Source: Haliotis rufescens (taxonomy: Eukaryota). From it: a DNA stretch of 64,000 nucleotides. The position numbers were made by a program, and so were the translations under genes. Shown in pieces: positions 50,758 to 64,000 of the stretch. The DNA is taken from the NCBI RefSeq assembly GCF_023055435.1, contig NW_025963868.1, forward strand, positions 23,870,001 to 23,934,000, written 5' to 3'. The notes below the pieces were generated by a model that saw only the letters and a program-made list of their open reading frames with translations, was not told the DNA's origin and searched no databases. How positions within the stretch are numbered: the first letter of the stretch is position 1; every line of letters starts with the position of its first letter.

Positions 50758-53164
50758 TCAGTGCCTGCCTACCACCAATGCGACGGTAGACACAAAGCCT
50801 CCAGTGTGAACAAAGGTAATCTTAACATCGTTGCTGTGCTGTCGTACGATGCTCGCAGGGACGTCATACTCGTAGGTCTCAAACACCGTGGAACTGGAAT
50901 GGCCAGCCTGGAGGGAGTAGAAGGAGGTCAAGGGGTGATTGTTCATCATGATCGTCTTTGGAGGTCCGTGAGTGGCCTTGCTGTCTCTGCTGAGACTGAT
51001 CCTCAGACGAACAAAATCAATGTTGCCAATGCTCGGGACGTTTACTTTAACATCGACGACGGTGTTGTGAATGGGGACAACCATGTCGGGGGAGAAGTAG
51101 GTGTTCTGGGTCACAGTCGGAGCATGGGCAAAGTTGTGGGTTGTGTGGAACTGGAAGTAACAACTCGCTTCAGCAGGAACGGTTACCATGGAGTTCGTGA
51201 CGTGAACTGGTTTGTCTGTATCTAGAGTTGGTTTCTTCTGTGAGTTCAGATATTCACAGGTGGACTTTCCACTTGTCGGATGGAGCCAACCTTTGTCGAA
51301 ATTTAGTTTCACGTGCGTGGGCTTTTGGTCGTGGTTGTGAAGAAGGATATAAACAGTTCCTGAAGATTTGTCCAGTAGGATGTGAGGCACAATGTTCCTC
51401 TCAGTATTGTGGAACTGACTGTCCACCCTCAAAAACATCATCGCATTGCGGAAGTTCATCCAGAACTTGAAAGCATCAGCAACATCCCTTACGTTCCTGT
51501 GCCTGTCAAACAAACTGTAGTTGATGCTTGCTTGTCCTTTAAGCTCAGTGTAGGTCAGCAAGAAAGCAACAACCTTTCTCATCACATCACGACGTTGAAG
51601 GAAGGTAAACATTTGGTCGTTGTGTTGATAGATATGGCCCCAGTCAATGAAAGGGGATGGTTTCTGTTCATCCAACCCCGATATACTTCCCATGCCATAT
51701 TCACTGATGATAACATCGAACGTCTTTCCTTTCTTCTTATGGGCATAACTCTCAATAAGGTCAAGAAGACCAAACAACTTTGCTTCAGAGGCATGGAACT
51801 GGTGGGTACCTCCGTGAACGTCCAGGCCAGAGTAGGAGTGAAAGGAGAAAAAGTCGAGATGATCCAGAGCCATGTCCATGAAGTCAGCCATCTTGCTCCA
51901 GACCCTGAATCCATTGGCGTCATAATTAGAAGATGCGCCTGTATACGTGGGCCCTCCCACTCTGATTTGTGGATATTTCGATTTGATTTTCTTAGCTGTC
52001 ACTTCGTGGTATGAGATGAATGTCGACCAGTTTGTGCTGGCATACTTGCCATCTGGTTCGTTGATGACTTCAAAGAATAATGGAAGGGTTCCTTTGGTTC
52101 CTTTGTCTACAGCGTCAATGAGAAGATACTCAAACTCCGCAGCAGCATCGATATTGTTGGGAAACAACCCCTTGTGGTGGGATTTGTCTATCCAGTGTGG
52201 CCAAAGCTTCCCTGTAAATACATACATTATAGGTAACAAGTTTGTTAGCTTGCTAGTTTTTATATCCGTGAAAGGGAATAATATTTATTTGATGGTTTGT
52301 TGAACTCCGCACTCTGAGCTCCATCTTTATGACGGAATCAGGACCAGACAATCCACTGATAGACATCATGACCATCTTTCTACGCAGTTGGGATACGATA
52401 ACATGCATCAACCAAGTCAGCAAGCCTGACCACCCAATCCCGTTAGTCGCCTCTTACAACAAGCATGGATTGATGAGGACAATTCTTACCAGTAACTTTA
52501 CTTGGGTGTAGGGGAAGTTGGATGGCCTAGTGGTCTGGTGGTTAAAGCGTTCACTCGTCACACTGATGGCAGTTATGAAGTTTTCTGAATATAATTTGGG
52601 CATTTTCACCTGACGTCATCATGACCATTTCCGGTTGGCCGTATCCTTGCATGTTGGCCAAGTATTTTTGTGCGAATTGCCCTTTTTTGGAATCGAAGTA
52701 GGCAGGGTCGGGATATCCCTTCCTGTGGGGGTTTTCCGTTGCCTGGGCAGATAAACGAAACGTTATAATCCTGGTAAGTAAATAGAAGAAATAAAACCCT
52801 TTCCATTTTCATCAGAAATCAATTGACGATTTTGACTCTATCGTAAGCATGTGGGGTTTCACTGTTATTTTGCAATAGGACAATACTAGTATTCAAAATG
52901 TTAAACAGTTTCTATAGACCTTACGTGCTCAAAGACACCGTCCGAACCCTCGGCTTTAACCCATCTGGCCGTCGTTGCTCCTATTTGTTTGACACGTGCA
53001 ATATCAGGGGTGTTGTCAAGGACGTTCTTGCCGTTCCAGCGTCCATGGTCAAAGTTGACGCCATCTCCAATCTTCAGCAACTCAGGGAAGATGGTGATAG
53101 TCTCGTCGCATTGCACCAACGGCAGACAGAAGAACAGCCAAGTCACGATGTGGGCGGCACGCAT
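50758..53164 (-). CDS. GH86-like beta-porphyranase/beta-agarase, paralog E (second subfamily, 3 exons, 608 aa)
   Basis: Exons 53164-52925, 52742-52610 and 52211-50758. 1827 nt in frame. Very close to C, including intron 2 and its SINE. NEP and ISEYG motifs. AATAAA at 50605-50600. Confidence 0.85.
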
Positions 53165-55035
53165 GTTGCCAGCTGCGTGTAGTCCCTTCGGTGTCAAAGA
53201 ATCACACACACACACTGTTCTGGTATGCGCTCTTGTATCTATACTGTATATGTTTTCTTATCTCACAGTGCACAGATTAGCCTAGTCACTGTGGCCTCGA
53301 GCTGAAGGGCCTTGGCCAAAAGAAGTCACTGTGGTGCACAGGCGTGTAACTAGTTACATATTTTAACTTGATTTATCATCCAAAACTGGATCCCACAGGA
53401 GATATCGCTCGGGTGAGACTCAAGCCATATCTATACTGCAGATATCGCTGCAATGAAATTGCATCACAATGCTTTGTAGACCATTGTGACGTCATTGGTT
53501 TCTGTTAGCAGTACGTTACACTCAAGACACTGCTTATTACTGTCTACAAACTAAAAAGGTTGGGAAAATGATTTTGGATGATAAAAAATCTCACCCTCGT
53601 GTCTTTTATTATCAAATATATCAAACGGCACGAGGGTGAGATTCTCTTTTTAAACATATTTATTTCCATAAAGTGGAGGGATTGGCAAACAAGCAAATTT
53701 TGCTTATCTGAATGCCTCTCCCAATCATGATACACACACACACAATACAATGTATTCACAGTGACATGAGAAATAACATACATTATATATATATGACATC
53801 AAAGATAAGTATTGTTCTGTAAGTGTCTAATTACTGGATTATCTTTCGTTACTACAGCTACGTTTTTATTTACATCCAGCACAACATCATATAGCAAAGC
53901 CAACATCTCAGACAAAATCTCTAAATCGGCAAGAAGACAGAATAAAACTGTGCACTGATTTCAAAATTTCAAGATTTGTTACTGCCGTTTAATGTGAATT
54001 ACCATTTAGAATTGAATTTAAATCGTAGCTTTTTACGAAATAATACTTATTTTGCCCTAATGTACCGTTTAAGGGACACGTAAGAAAGACATGAAGTGCA
54101 TCTTTTTTAACTTTAGTCTAATTTGATAAATGTAAAATTGGTATTTATCTATTTTTCGTGTCATTTATAAAACTGCCCCTAAATCAAGTTCGTCATACCT
54201 TATAACATTTAAATATCAGAGTTAATTTTCTAAATTAAGAGAGAGAGGGACGGCCACCAAATAAACTCACGAAAATGAAGTGTAAATCTATTATAATTAA
54301 ATAATTAAAGAAAGAATTATTTGAATGCTTCAAAGTGAATGCACCTTTTCATTCAGAACACAAATCTAGCCAAATTACCAATAACGTCATTATGACTAAA
54401 CAGTTGTTAATATGTATTTCATAAAATATTTATTTCAAATCTTACTTAAGCGAAAGACCCTTATATTTCAGCAAAGAATCTCCCCATGCCGATAATGATA
54501 GAACGATCCGAGACGCACATTCTCCAAAAGACCAGCTGTTCCCTCACCTGACGTAAATTAGGTCTGTAGACGCACAGATAGCATCTATTGTTGACAATCA
54601 AGTGCCGTGTTTCTAATTCTCTCGGCAAACATCTGCAGCAGTCCGTCGGATAACATCGAGTCTGTCCGTCAAAGTAAGATTGACACAACATCCGAGGATG
54701 GGAAGAGGATGCCAATAACCTGAATGCACAATTGAAGACGAGTCTAACAGTTTACATGGTATAGCTTGTTTCAAAACCTTTGGCTTACATTTTTTCTTAC
54801 GTGAGTCTGTCGATATATATTTAGCGTTGAACTGATAATTAGGTAAGTTCTATATTCATAGTATTATTTGATATATTTTTTTAGCATCGTAAGTCTTTCG
54901 TTCTTCAACAACTGTCAGTTTTGCGTTTCAACTGTGTTGATACTTTTAAACTGTCTAAACTACCGGGCAAAAGAAAATATAAATTTGAACATATGATTTT
55001 TGCAAAAAAATAGCAAACGCTAGAAAACGTTACTT

Positions 55036-55320
55036 TGGAACGGAACAGAACAAACAAAGCTCCAATAATAGATACCATCAAGAAAAGGCGGTGGATAGGT
55101 CACATCCTACGAAGGCCGCAAGGAAATATCGCGAAACAAGCACTCGACTGGAACCCACAAGGCAAGAGGAAGAGGGGAAGAGCCGTAACAACCTGGCGAC
55201 GAACCCTGGAATCAGAACTGAGATCAATCCACATGTCATGGGGAGAACCAAGACGAAGAGCACAAGTCTGAAACAGATGGAGAACTGTTGTGAAGGCCCT
55301 CTGCCCCTCAAGGGGTACGC
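55036..55320 (+). mobile_element. RTE-clade LINE 3' fragment
   Basis: IKKRRWIGHILRR..IAKQALDWNPQGKRKRGR..TTWRRT and WRTVVKALCP, typical of an RTE ORF C-terminus. Confidence 0.8.
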
Positions 55321-55410
55321 CATCTTCCCGAGGCAAGGGAGTTAACTGACTTAAAGTCCGGTTTCCACCCTTGCCGAACTAGGCTGGAATGCCTGCGCTC
55401 CTGGGTCTTA

Positions 55411-55782
55411 GTGAGTGAGTTTGGTTTAACACCTCTTTGGAAGTATTTCAGTTATAACGCGGCGTGTCAGTAAGAAAGTTTGGTTTAATACCTCTTTGAA
55501 CAATATTTCAGTTACACCACGGCGCGTCAGTGAGTAAGTGAGTTTTGTTTGGCACTTCTTTGAACATTATTTCAGTAAAACCACGGCGTGTCAGTATGTA
55601 AGTTTGGTTTAACATCTCTTTGAACAATATTTCAGTTTACACCACGGCGTGTCAGTGAGTGAGTTTTGCTTGTCACTTCTTTAAACAGAATTTCAGTTAT
55701 ACCGCGGCGTGTCAGTGAGTGAGTGAGTTTGGTTTAAAACCTCTTTGAACAGTATTTCAGTTATAATTTACCACGATGTCAG
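55411..55782. repeat. Six tandem copies (about 60 bp) of a SINE 3' tail
   Basis: Unit approximately GTGAGTGAGTTTGGTTTAACACCTCTTTGAACAATATTTCAGTTATACCACGGCGTGTCA, the reverse complement of the family 1 tail. Confidence 0.85.
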
Positions 55783-57279
55783 GTAAATGTTACAGGAAAT
55801 GGTGCCGGTTTTAGAGGTTTACCACAAAACAGTCATAATCGTGGCTAACTGAGGTGACGGTGTTAGAGGTTTACCACAAAACAGTCATTAACTAAGGATC
55901 CGAACCAATAATCACAGGATTGGCATGTCTGAGGGACGTAACACTGCACAGCAAAATGCGGCACCTTGGACGTTGTCATAGACGTAATATAAATGAGATC
56001 TGGGCATCGATATATTCAAATACATAGACACAATACACGTGTGTAGAATGAGTGTGTCAGATGGGTTTAACGCTGCTTTTAACAGTATTTAAGTTATATC
56101 ACGACGTGTCAGCTTAATGTGGGAGGAAAGCCCGAAGTAATGCAGGTCTCAGACATTTATCACTTCGGTGAAACTCAAGACGGCGTGTATGGGGCTTGCA
56201 AACCTAGAACCATCAGAGCGAACTACGATTCGAAAACACGCTCACAGATTTCTGTCGTGGCTTTAACTCTTCCAGTGACATGCTGCGCCTTAGGCGATTG
56301 GGCCACCCGTGCCCCCTGTATGTGGAAATTGGTTCAGGACACAGTGCAGGCAAGCGTACGTCAATGTGTGTGTATGGGAACATGTTTAGTACCACTGTTT
56401 GGACAACGTAGAGAAGATCCAGGACTTATACCAGTCACTGTCTTGTGTCTTGCAGTCACTGAATTTCAGGTATCTATTCATATATTTTTCACCGCCGTTT
56501 GCCTGTTACGCCCAGTGGAATCTGTTTCGGCAGATAATCGAGACTGGTTATTCTCTGGCGTTGACGTTTTAAACCTAATACAGATCGCCTTGTCAGCCTG
56601 TTGACTCCGAATCACGCTCAAATCTCGCAGGGCTTATATACATAAATGCGAGGCCTATTTGCTCAATACACATGTCCAGATGGTCGTTAAAATGTTAGAA
56701 AGGTATTTCAATGTGTTTGGTCTTTCTGTAAACATAAGTAAGCCTCGAAAATACAACTTGCGTTGGTAAATCAATCATCTGACATGTTATAATAATAATA
56801 ATAATAAAGTCCATTTCTTCAGCGCCATATCCGTCTACGTAGTCGCTCATAGCGCCTCTCACAGGGTCACAGACACATCTAAAGAGATAAGTCTTTAGTT
56901 TTGTCTTGAAAGTGTCCAGAGTTGGAGATTATAACCGGGCATTCACTGTCGTGTGACGGAAAAGCATGTTACCTTGACCTGTTTCCAAAGTTAATTTGTC
57001 ACAAGCGTCGTAATGCAATTTTTGTTCCTATTATACAATACGACACGGAAACACCGAAACTATGCAGGTGACGTGAGGTGAATGGAGTTTAAACTTAAAG
57101 GTAAAATACCCAGGTAGTTCATCCCTTTCAAGTACATCACCATCGAAAATCCATTTTTAGTTTGTTTTATTTGAGTCACCATCAAACATGGGTGTGTTCT
57201 TTCTTTTACTTGAATGGGTTTTACAAGACTGTGACTACCCAATCAGATGGCTGGATAATATTATGCGTAATGACAAATG

Positions 57280-57645
57280 AACCGCCTCCGTGGTCTAGTG
57301 GTAGAGCGTCCGCCCGGAGAGCGGAAGGTCTGGGGTTCGATCCCCGGCAGCGTCATACCAAAAGACGTTAAAATATGGTACTTGTTGTTACCCTGTCTGG
57401 TGCTTGGCATTAAGGAGATAAAACAAGGACTGGTCGGCTCGGAGTCAGTATACTGTGTCTGAGTGGGGTATTCATGTTAAACTGCGGCATGGTATCTCAG
57501 TGGGCTAGCACCACTATAAATCGGCACCAGTCCGGACTAGTACAAGCAGCCACACAAACACACACACGTACATGCACGTCGCTATATAAGTGCAATAACC
57601 TTGGACGCGACGTTAAACCCCATTTCACCTCACATCACCATCACC
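57280..57645 (+). mobile_element. SINE family 4 copy
   Basis: Near-identical to 49249-49605. Confidence 0.75.
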
Positions 57646-58712
57646 GTAATGACAAATTCTATCGTATATCACTTTAATACGCCCTGTTATATAAGTATAA
57701 CCAGATTTTTCCCCTTATGTAAACATATGTTTTTCGTTGCACAGGTTGCTCGAGATGACATATTTTCTTGCATTTAAATGTTTTTAACGCCATGGAGAAA
57801 AGTCCATTTACTCTCGCGCTGACAGCTAAATATGCAAAACGCTGACAATAAAAGATTACTGTTAGGCATAAAGCGAACATTCGTTGAAAAGAAACAGTAG
57901 TTTTAATGTTATTTATAGGAGGTGAAATACATGTGGAATTCTGCGGAAAGTTTTTTTGTAATTGTCAAAAATAAAGCATTTGGAAGCCAAATGCAGAGAA
58001 GATTTTTTCGTTTTAGGGGTGTCATTGACTTCATTTCTAAATTGCCTGGCAAAGGAAAGAATACACTTAATAATTAGATCTTCTAAGAAATTACATCGTT
58101 ATTAAAATGTTATTAGGCTGAAAACAATCGCCGAAACACTGCAAACCTCAGGTCAAAACGTAACCATGAATCAAATACATCACTGTCGAAAAAACATTTC
58201 TTGTTTGTTTTAATTTTAGCCACCATCAAACATGGGTGTATACTTTTCTTTTGGTAGAGCGTCCGCCTGGAGAGCGGAAGGTCCGGGGTTCGATCCCTGG
58301 CCACGTCATACCAAAAGAGGTTAAAAGATTGCACTTGTTGTTACCCTGTCTGGCGCTCGGCATTAAGGGCTAAAACAAAACTGGTCGGCTCGGAGTCAGT
58401 ATACTGTGTCTGAGTGGGGTATTCATGTTAAACTGCGGCATGGTATCTCAGTGGGCTAGCACTATAAATCGGCATCAGTCCGGACTAGTACAAGTAGACA
58501 CACACGCACACACGCACACACGCACACACACACACACGTGCATGCACGTCGTCGTTATATAAGTGCAGTAATCTTGGACGCGACGGTAAGCCCCAGTTTA
58601 CCTCACCTCCTTGGTTAAGTCCATGCGTCCGATGGGAAGAAATAAAATAGAGCATAATGAGGTTTAACATGACCCCCTTTTGACACAAGTTCTTAATTCT
58701 GAATCGAAATTA

Positions 58713-58871
58713 CAGTAGACTACGTTTATAACGAACTGACGGATTTAACGAACTTATTTTTAGTCCCGGCCATTTGGTGTATATATGCTGTTTATATGCT
58801 TATAACGAACTACGGTTATTACGAACTAAAATTAGTTGTCCCTTTGAGTTCGTTATAACCGTAGTTTACTG
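58713..58871. mobile_element. Tc1/mariner (pogo/Tigger-type) MITE
   Basis: 25-bp TIRs (CAGTAGACTACGTTTATAACGAACT / AGTTCGTTATAACCGTAGTTTACTG, 2 mismatches) with TA on both sides. Confidence 0.8.
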
Positions 58872-58988
58872 TAGCTCTTATTCTGTTTTCTAAAACCTTT
58901 ATTTCAGACACTGATCACGTGTGAACACCAAACACCTGGTGGCTGAACAGTGACAATGGTGGACGGCGTCGATGGAGTTGGTTGCTAA

Positions 58989-59176
58989 TTATTTGTCAAC
59001 ACAATCACCTCCGAGGTCGACACACTTCTGCCAACGGTGCTGAACTACCTGGATCCCACTGGTTTCTAGAAGGCTTCTTCCTGGTGGTGTAAAAAGTCCC
59101 CCACAGCAGAAATGACGTCATCGTTATTTGCACAATGCTTCCTGACAGTTCCTTCTTCAGGTTCTGGAAGAGGTGG
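58989..59176 (-). mobile_element. Mariner transposase C-terminal fragment
   Basis: HLFQNLKKELSG..NDDVISAVGDFL..GIQVVQHRWQKCVDLGGDCVDK* with frameshifts. Abuts a Tigger-like end (TACAGTCAAGTCTCGTTAATCCGAC) at 59178. Confidence 0.7.
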
Positions 59177-59891
59177 ATACAGTCAAGTCTCGTTAATCCG
59201 ACATCGTTGGTTGCACATGATTGTGTCGGATTAACGAGTATGTCGGATCAACGAAATTAAGTGATTTGTGATCGAAAATCGGACGTCTTCACGATAGATA
59301 ATAACCCTGTGTACCTTGTAATAAAATCATTAAAAACGAAATATTTATATTGTTATGTTGTTTATTCATTCATTCCTTAATTTATAATTAATGACATTGC
59401 AAAATTAATAATAATTTTCCCATTTATACATAACAATAGAGACATTACTCACTGAATTTATCACATCAACGACACACGTTGCATCTTGCACTGCCAAATC
59501 TGGTGAAATAGAGAATGTTCAATGTTTCAATGAGTTCAAAGCCACCGTCATGCATTGCAAACATGGAGACAACAGACTAGCACCGGTGCTTATTTCCTGG
59601 TGGAACAAACGTATCTTTAATCACTTTCCCACGACGTCTAGCCTTGATATTTGCATGCAATTGCCTCTGACGTTTGACATAATAATGCCCAAGGCATGAG
59701 ACAAGAGAATAAATTCAAGATGATATATGAATGAATTCCACTCAGCATGTATGAATTAATTATACTTAGTTGATAAAAATGTACGTTATGTTTTCTCCCC
59801 ATGTTTAACATCGGGTTAGTTTCTAGGCCGTTGTCATCCAAAATAGCCTAAAGAATTTTTTTCATATTTAATTATGTCATCGAAAAAATAT

Positions 59892-60720
59892 AGATAGAGA
59901 ATTATAATAGGAGCATGTGTTTCATACTGATTTTACTAAACGAGTGTCAGAATGTTTGTATTTCCCGAGCGAGAGCTAGAGTAATACATTAATGCTTGCA
60001 CGAGTTTCGTAAAATCAGAATGACACACATGCGAGTGTATTGATTTCTTTATTACCCAGTATATCTGAATCGTTTTGAGCTCCCCTTTAGAAAAATGCAC
60101 TTATCACGCCAGCCGTCTTAGACAACAACAATCTTCAGCTATGACGTAGTTTATAGTGTGGCGTCATTCCGTCCTTACGTCACAATATGATTCGATTGAC
60201 GTCCATAATGCCGTCCGCATGACGTCAACAATGCCGCCCGGATGACGTCAACAATACACTTGTGCGCGTGACGTGATATTTGCACTTTTGCGCATACGAT
60301 TTTTATGAACTCGGTCAGCTCTAACCCTATGGGTAATAAATAGAGAATATTATATGAGTGTACATGTTATACTATGCTTACGACACGAGCGTCTAAATTC
60401 CGGTATTTCCCGAGCAAGAGCGTCGTAACATAGTATGATATGAACACGAATATGATGTTCTATTTATTACAGAAGAAGATGTCTAAATACAGAGACGAAT
60501 TTTAGTGTTTACCAATAAGGGCAGCAAATCGCAACAGCAGCTGAACCACAATTTGTCGAATGACGTCAACAATCTTCAGCTATAACGTCGTTTCCAGTGT
60601 GACGTCATTCCGACCTCAGGAACCATTGAGATTTGAATGGCGTCAACAATGCCGTCCGGATTACGGAAATAATACACTATTGTCTCGTGACGTGATATGA
60701 CCCTAGGGCAAATGATTTTC
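59892..60720. repeat. Two diverged tandem copies of an unclassified hairpin element with TGACGTCA-rich arms
   Basis: Inverted repeats at about 59910-60032 and 60355-60450, each followed by a similar CAACAATCTTCAGCTAT.ACGT..TGACGTCA-rich block (60125-60285 and 60565-60700). Confidence 0.55.
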
Positions 60721-63700
60721 CTGAACCGATATTTGTTTGAACTCTTAGGTTAAATAATGATTGAAATGAAGATGCAACCGCGTTACTGCGGCGTTGTAGG
60801 AGACCCTACTGCGTGCACCTCGGCGTTCTGCACTTTTCATGGACGCCGCGAGATCGCCGTGAGGACGCAGCCCTGGTGTGACAGCTGTTTAAGGACTGAG
60901 GGGATATCGTTAATCCCCTAATGCACGTCACAAATTGACGAAAATTGACGAGTTGTTCAAGTGAAACCTTCCTTCTGTGACAGTACATTAGTAATATATA
61001 TATATAATAGTATATAATAAGTTTTACTTCAGGGAACAATTCGCTGCGGAGAGTTGCATCCCGGTTCGCCAAGATTATGTTTCTAGGTTTGTCAGCACCA
61101 TCGTGGGTTTCACCAATGTCTCATAAACCTTACTGTTGGACTTTACTTTTAAATTACATGCCCATTGTCTGTATATATATACAGCTTATGTAACGTGTGA
61201 CACATATAAACTATTTCTCTCTGAGTGTCATGTTTGTCCGTAGTATAAAGGGGAAAATAATGTTCAACGGATGTAACTCGTCGCCAAAGCGTATTTTTAC
61301 TTGTTCAATTATCTTCACGTAAAAGTAAATAATTGCTGACAATCTTAGAATGTATTTATCGAATTATAACCAAATGTTGTTTTAAGAAACGGTATTACTG
61401 TTCAAAGTCTTTGGCTGCCTGTATTAACGCGTCAAAATGAAACAATTAAACTAGACATTTTAAAATCAAAACATTCTTTCAGGTTAGTATCTGATAGATT
61501 CGCTGATCGAAATAAATAATTACACAAAAAATAAATGAGATTAAACAATTATTTATCAATCCCGACCCCCTAGAGCTGAAAATTACCTCAGTAAAGTGAG
61601 TGGGTGTGATTTTACGCCGCCGCTTTTAGCAGTTTTCTGGCAATACCACGACGGGGGACATCATCAATGGGCTTCACACATTGTACACTTGTCGGGAATC
61701 GAACCCGAACTTTCGGCGTGAGGAGCGAACGCTTTAACCACTGGCCTACCCCACCGCCCCCTTGTCTTGTTTAAGTCAATATAGTTTACTTGTTGTAAAA
61801 TGTGGATAAATGCCTCTGCTTAATTACAGTTATGTTTTGGTTTTTTGGGGGTTTTTTTATTTTTATCTATTTTTATATTTTTTTACTTTTTTTAACTTTT
61901 TTTTTTATTGAGGCTTGTTACCATCTTGATCTGCATTGTATATTTTATGTAACCACCGTCGGGTTTTTTTTCAGAGAAATATAACTGAACTGTGTATAGT
62001 TTTGTGTTGTCCTCCTTATATCTTTACATAAGCTCTGTTTGTTTGTTAACAGACTCGGTTTCCACTAAATGTGGAAATATAAATGCTAAAAAAAATGCGC
62101 CATGCCCAAACTGTAGACGAGAAACCAGTTCGTTCAAGTATGAAATAAAGTTTAATTTCCCTTCTCATTTTCATTTAATTCCAAAAGTGAAGTTTACAGA
62201 TTTTTAATACGCCGTTACCACTTCATAAGGGGTTATTCTGACTGTGAGTGAGATGGGATGTATTCCAACTCAAAGCAAATTAATTGTTGATATGACATGA
62301 TACATATGCATAGACTATAAAACATGGATAATAAAATAAGTTCTCATATTCCTCAAAGAATTGTTTTCCATTTTATTTGACAGAATGTCCAATGTTATGT
62401 ATCCTAAGAGTTTGTACTTCTGTGGTGACATTTATTTAAAATAAATCAAACTTAATGTTTTTTCCGTGTGTTATTTTTTAAACTTTGGTCCATTTGGGGT
62501 CCCAGGTGTGGCCTCTTGTATAAACAACTAGGAATTACATACATTTCAAAGAAGAGACGTCTCGTCAGTTGTACAGATTAACGGCCGCTGTCATTAGAAT
62601 GCCTTGAATGGATTATCGCTGGTTACGTAAGCTTTATTGATGAATAAAGAGCGGCGCAGCTCAATTCACTGCCGATTATGCAATTTGAAACAACCAGTTG
62701 ACGAGCCCGCTGGTCTGTGACTTTAGAGTGTCCAAATGTGTCTTTATTATCAGTAACCGTGCTGGCCTGGCGGTATGCATTGTCCTTAGCCAAGCGATCG
62801 TTGTCGTGCTGCTTGCTTGGCTCGAGGTTACAAACTACTCAAGGTGGACGTGAGTGACCTATATGTTTTTTTGTTGTGTTAATTTCTACCCAGGCAGCCA
62901 TATATCAGCTCTGTGTCTCGGAAGAAGCTAGGTAAAGTTAGTGGAAGCGTTTTTCTAAAATTTGAAACTGAGCGAGTTGTTTGTTGTGCAACGCCTCACT
63001 CAGCAATTTTGTATATGAAGGCAGTTAACACGTCACCGACCATCTAGATCATTGAGTCGCCGCTTTGGAGTAATTCTAAAACGGGGTCCCGTCTGATCTT
63101 TTCACACCTGTTTGTTTTTGAGAGATACATGTGGATGTTTGTATACACAAATGTGTGTTTTTGCGCTGTTATGTATGTGATGTAGTAATGACGTGTCAGT
63201 CGCGCCCAGCTGTGAATACCGTCGAACATAAAAACGCCCATCACCTGTGGCACGTCGCCGGGAAAAACAAAATGGCGCCGGCTGGAACGGGTCTAACTGC
63301 AAGGCATGCGCCACAGGGTTTGACGCTCGTGTCATGGCAAACCTTTCTTTTTACTTCTACTTTTCTACTACAATCATAACAGTTTCGAAGAGGAAAATTA
63401 TGGGGGAAACTAATATGGAAAACCCGGATGTTGGAAGTAAAAGTTGGACTTGAAACCGAAATGGGGTGTCAGAAAAATGTGATCAGTTCTAAGTCCAGTC
63501 TCACTAATTACCGGTCCCTAAGTGGCGTTTCTTGTGTGTAGCTTGACAGCGTCTATACACAATGTCGGCTTTATAATCTTCATTACCGTTTCTTACATAA
63601 CATCTCGTTGTTATCGAGAGTTGTGCGAAGGCCCGGTAAACAAAGTCAAGATACACACATTAAAAAAAGTTCCCATGATGCACCCCGTGTGTAAAGCCCA

Positions 63701-64000
63701 TTTCGAGTGTCCCTCGCCGTGATATGGCTGGAACAGTGCTGAAAGCGGCGTAAAACCATACCCACTCACTCAAATTGATAAACTATAAAATGATATGCTT
63801 TATGTAAGATGCTTGTTGAAAAGGTTAAAAAGTAAATCGTTATAAATTGGACAACACTAAAACCTCCACCACTTTGAATACGACCGGCCATTTCCACTAT
63901 TACGGACAGGGGCGCGGTTTGCCGATTGCGTCCTCGGCAACACTCGGGGCACGTTCGCTGATCTACAGAATCTCGTACCGCCCGGTTTCTGAACGAATGG

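Noticed and set aside
51382-52014. Antisense ORFs over exon 3 (also 8735-8992, 9149-9448, 35206-35595, 50746-51225)
   Set aside because: Shadows of the duplicated coding strand; lengths and stops are not conserved between paralogs.
62740-63345. Cys-rich stretches with splice-like signals (GWNGSNCKACATGF, EGF-like)
   Set aside because: In-frame stops, and no coherent exon chain could be built; at most a decayed exon.

Overview
Animal genomic scaffold with spliceosomal introns, microsatellites, dense SINEs and six N-gaps. The SINE repertoire and gene content suggest a marine mollusc, probably an algae-grazing gastropod such as abalone (inference). The main content is a tandem/inverted cluster of five apparently intact three-exon genes (A-E, 608-613 aa). 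They encode secreted clan GH-A glycoside hydrolases whose motifs resemble bacterial GH86 beta-porphyranase/beta-agarase. There are also five dead or partial copies, two of them remnants of a third subfamily. The ORF track splits these genes and misses the 133-nt exon 2; I reconstructed every GT-AG junction by hand and all five genes splice in frame. The cluster shows gene conversion and birth-and-death turnover by transposons and a minisatellite. A single-exon GT32 (A4GNT/A4GALT-like) glycosyltransferase is embedded in it. Other content: two decayed Tc1-type transposons, RTE, RTE-X, Penelope-like and mariner fragments, a MITE, four SINE-like families with related 3' tails, and several minisatellites. 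Family assignments come from motif recognition, not database searches.
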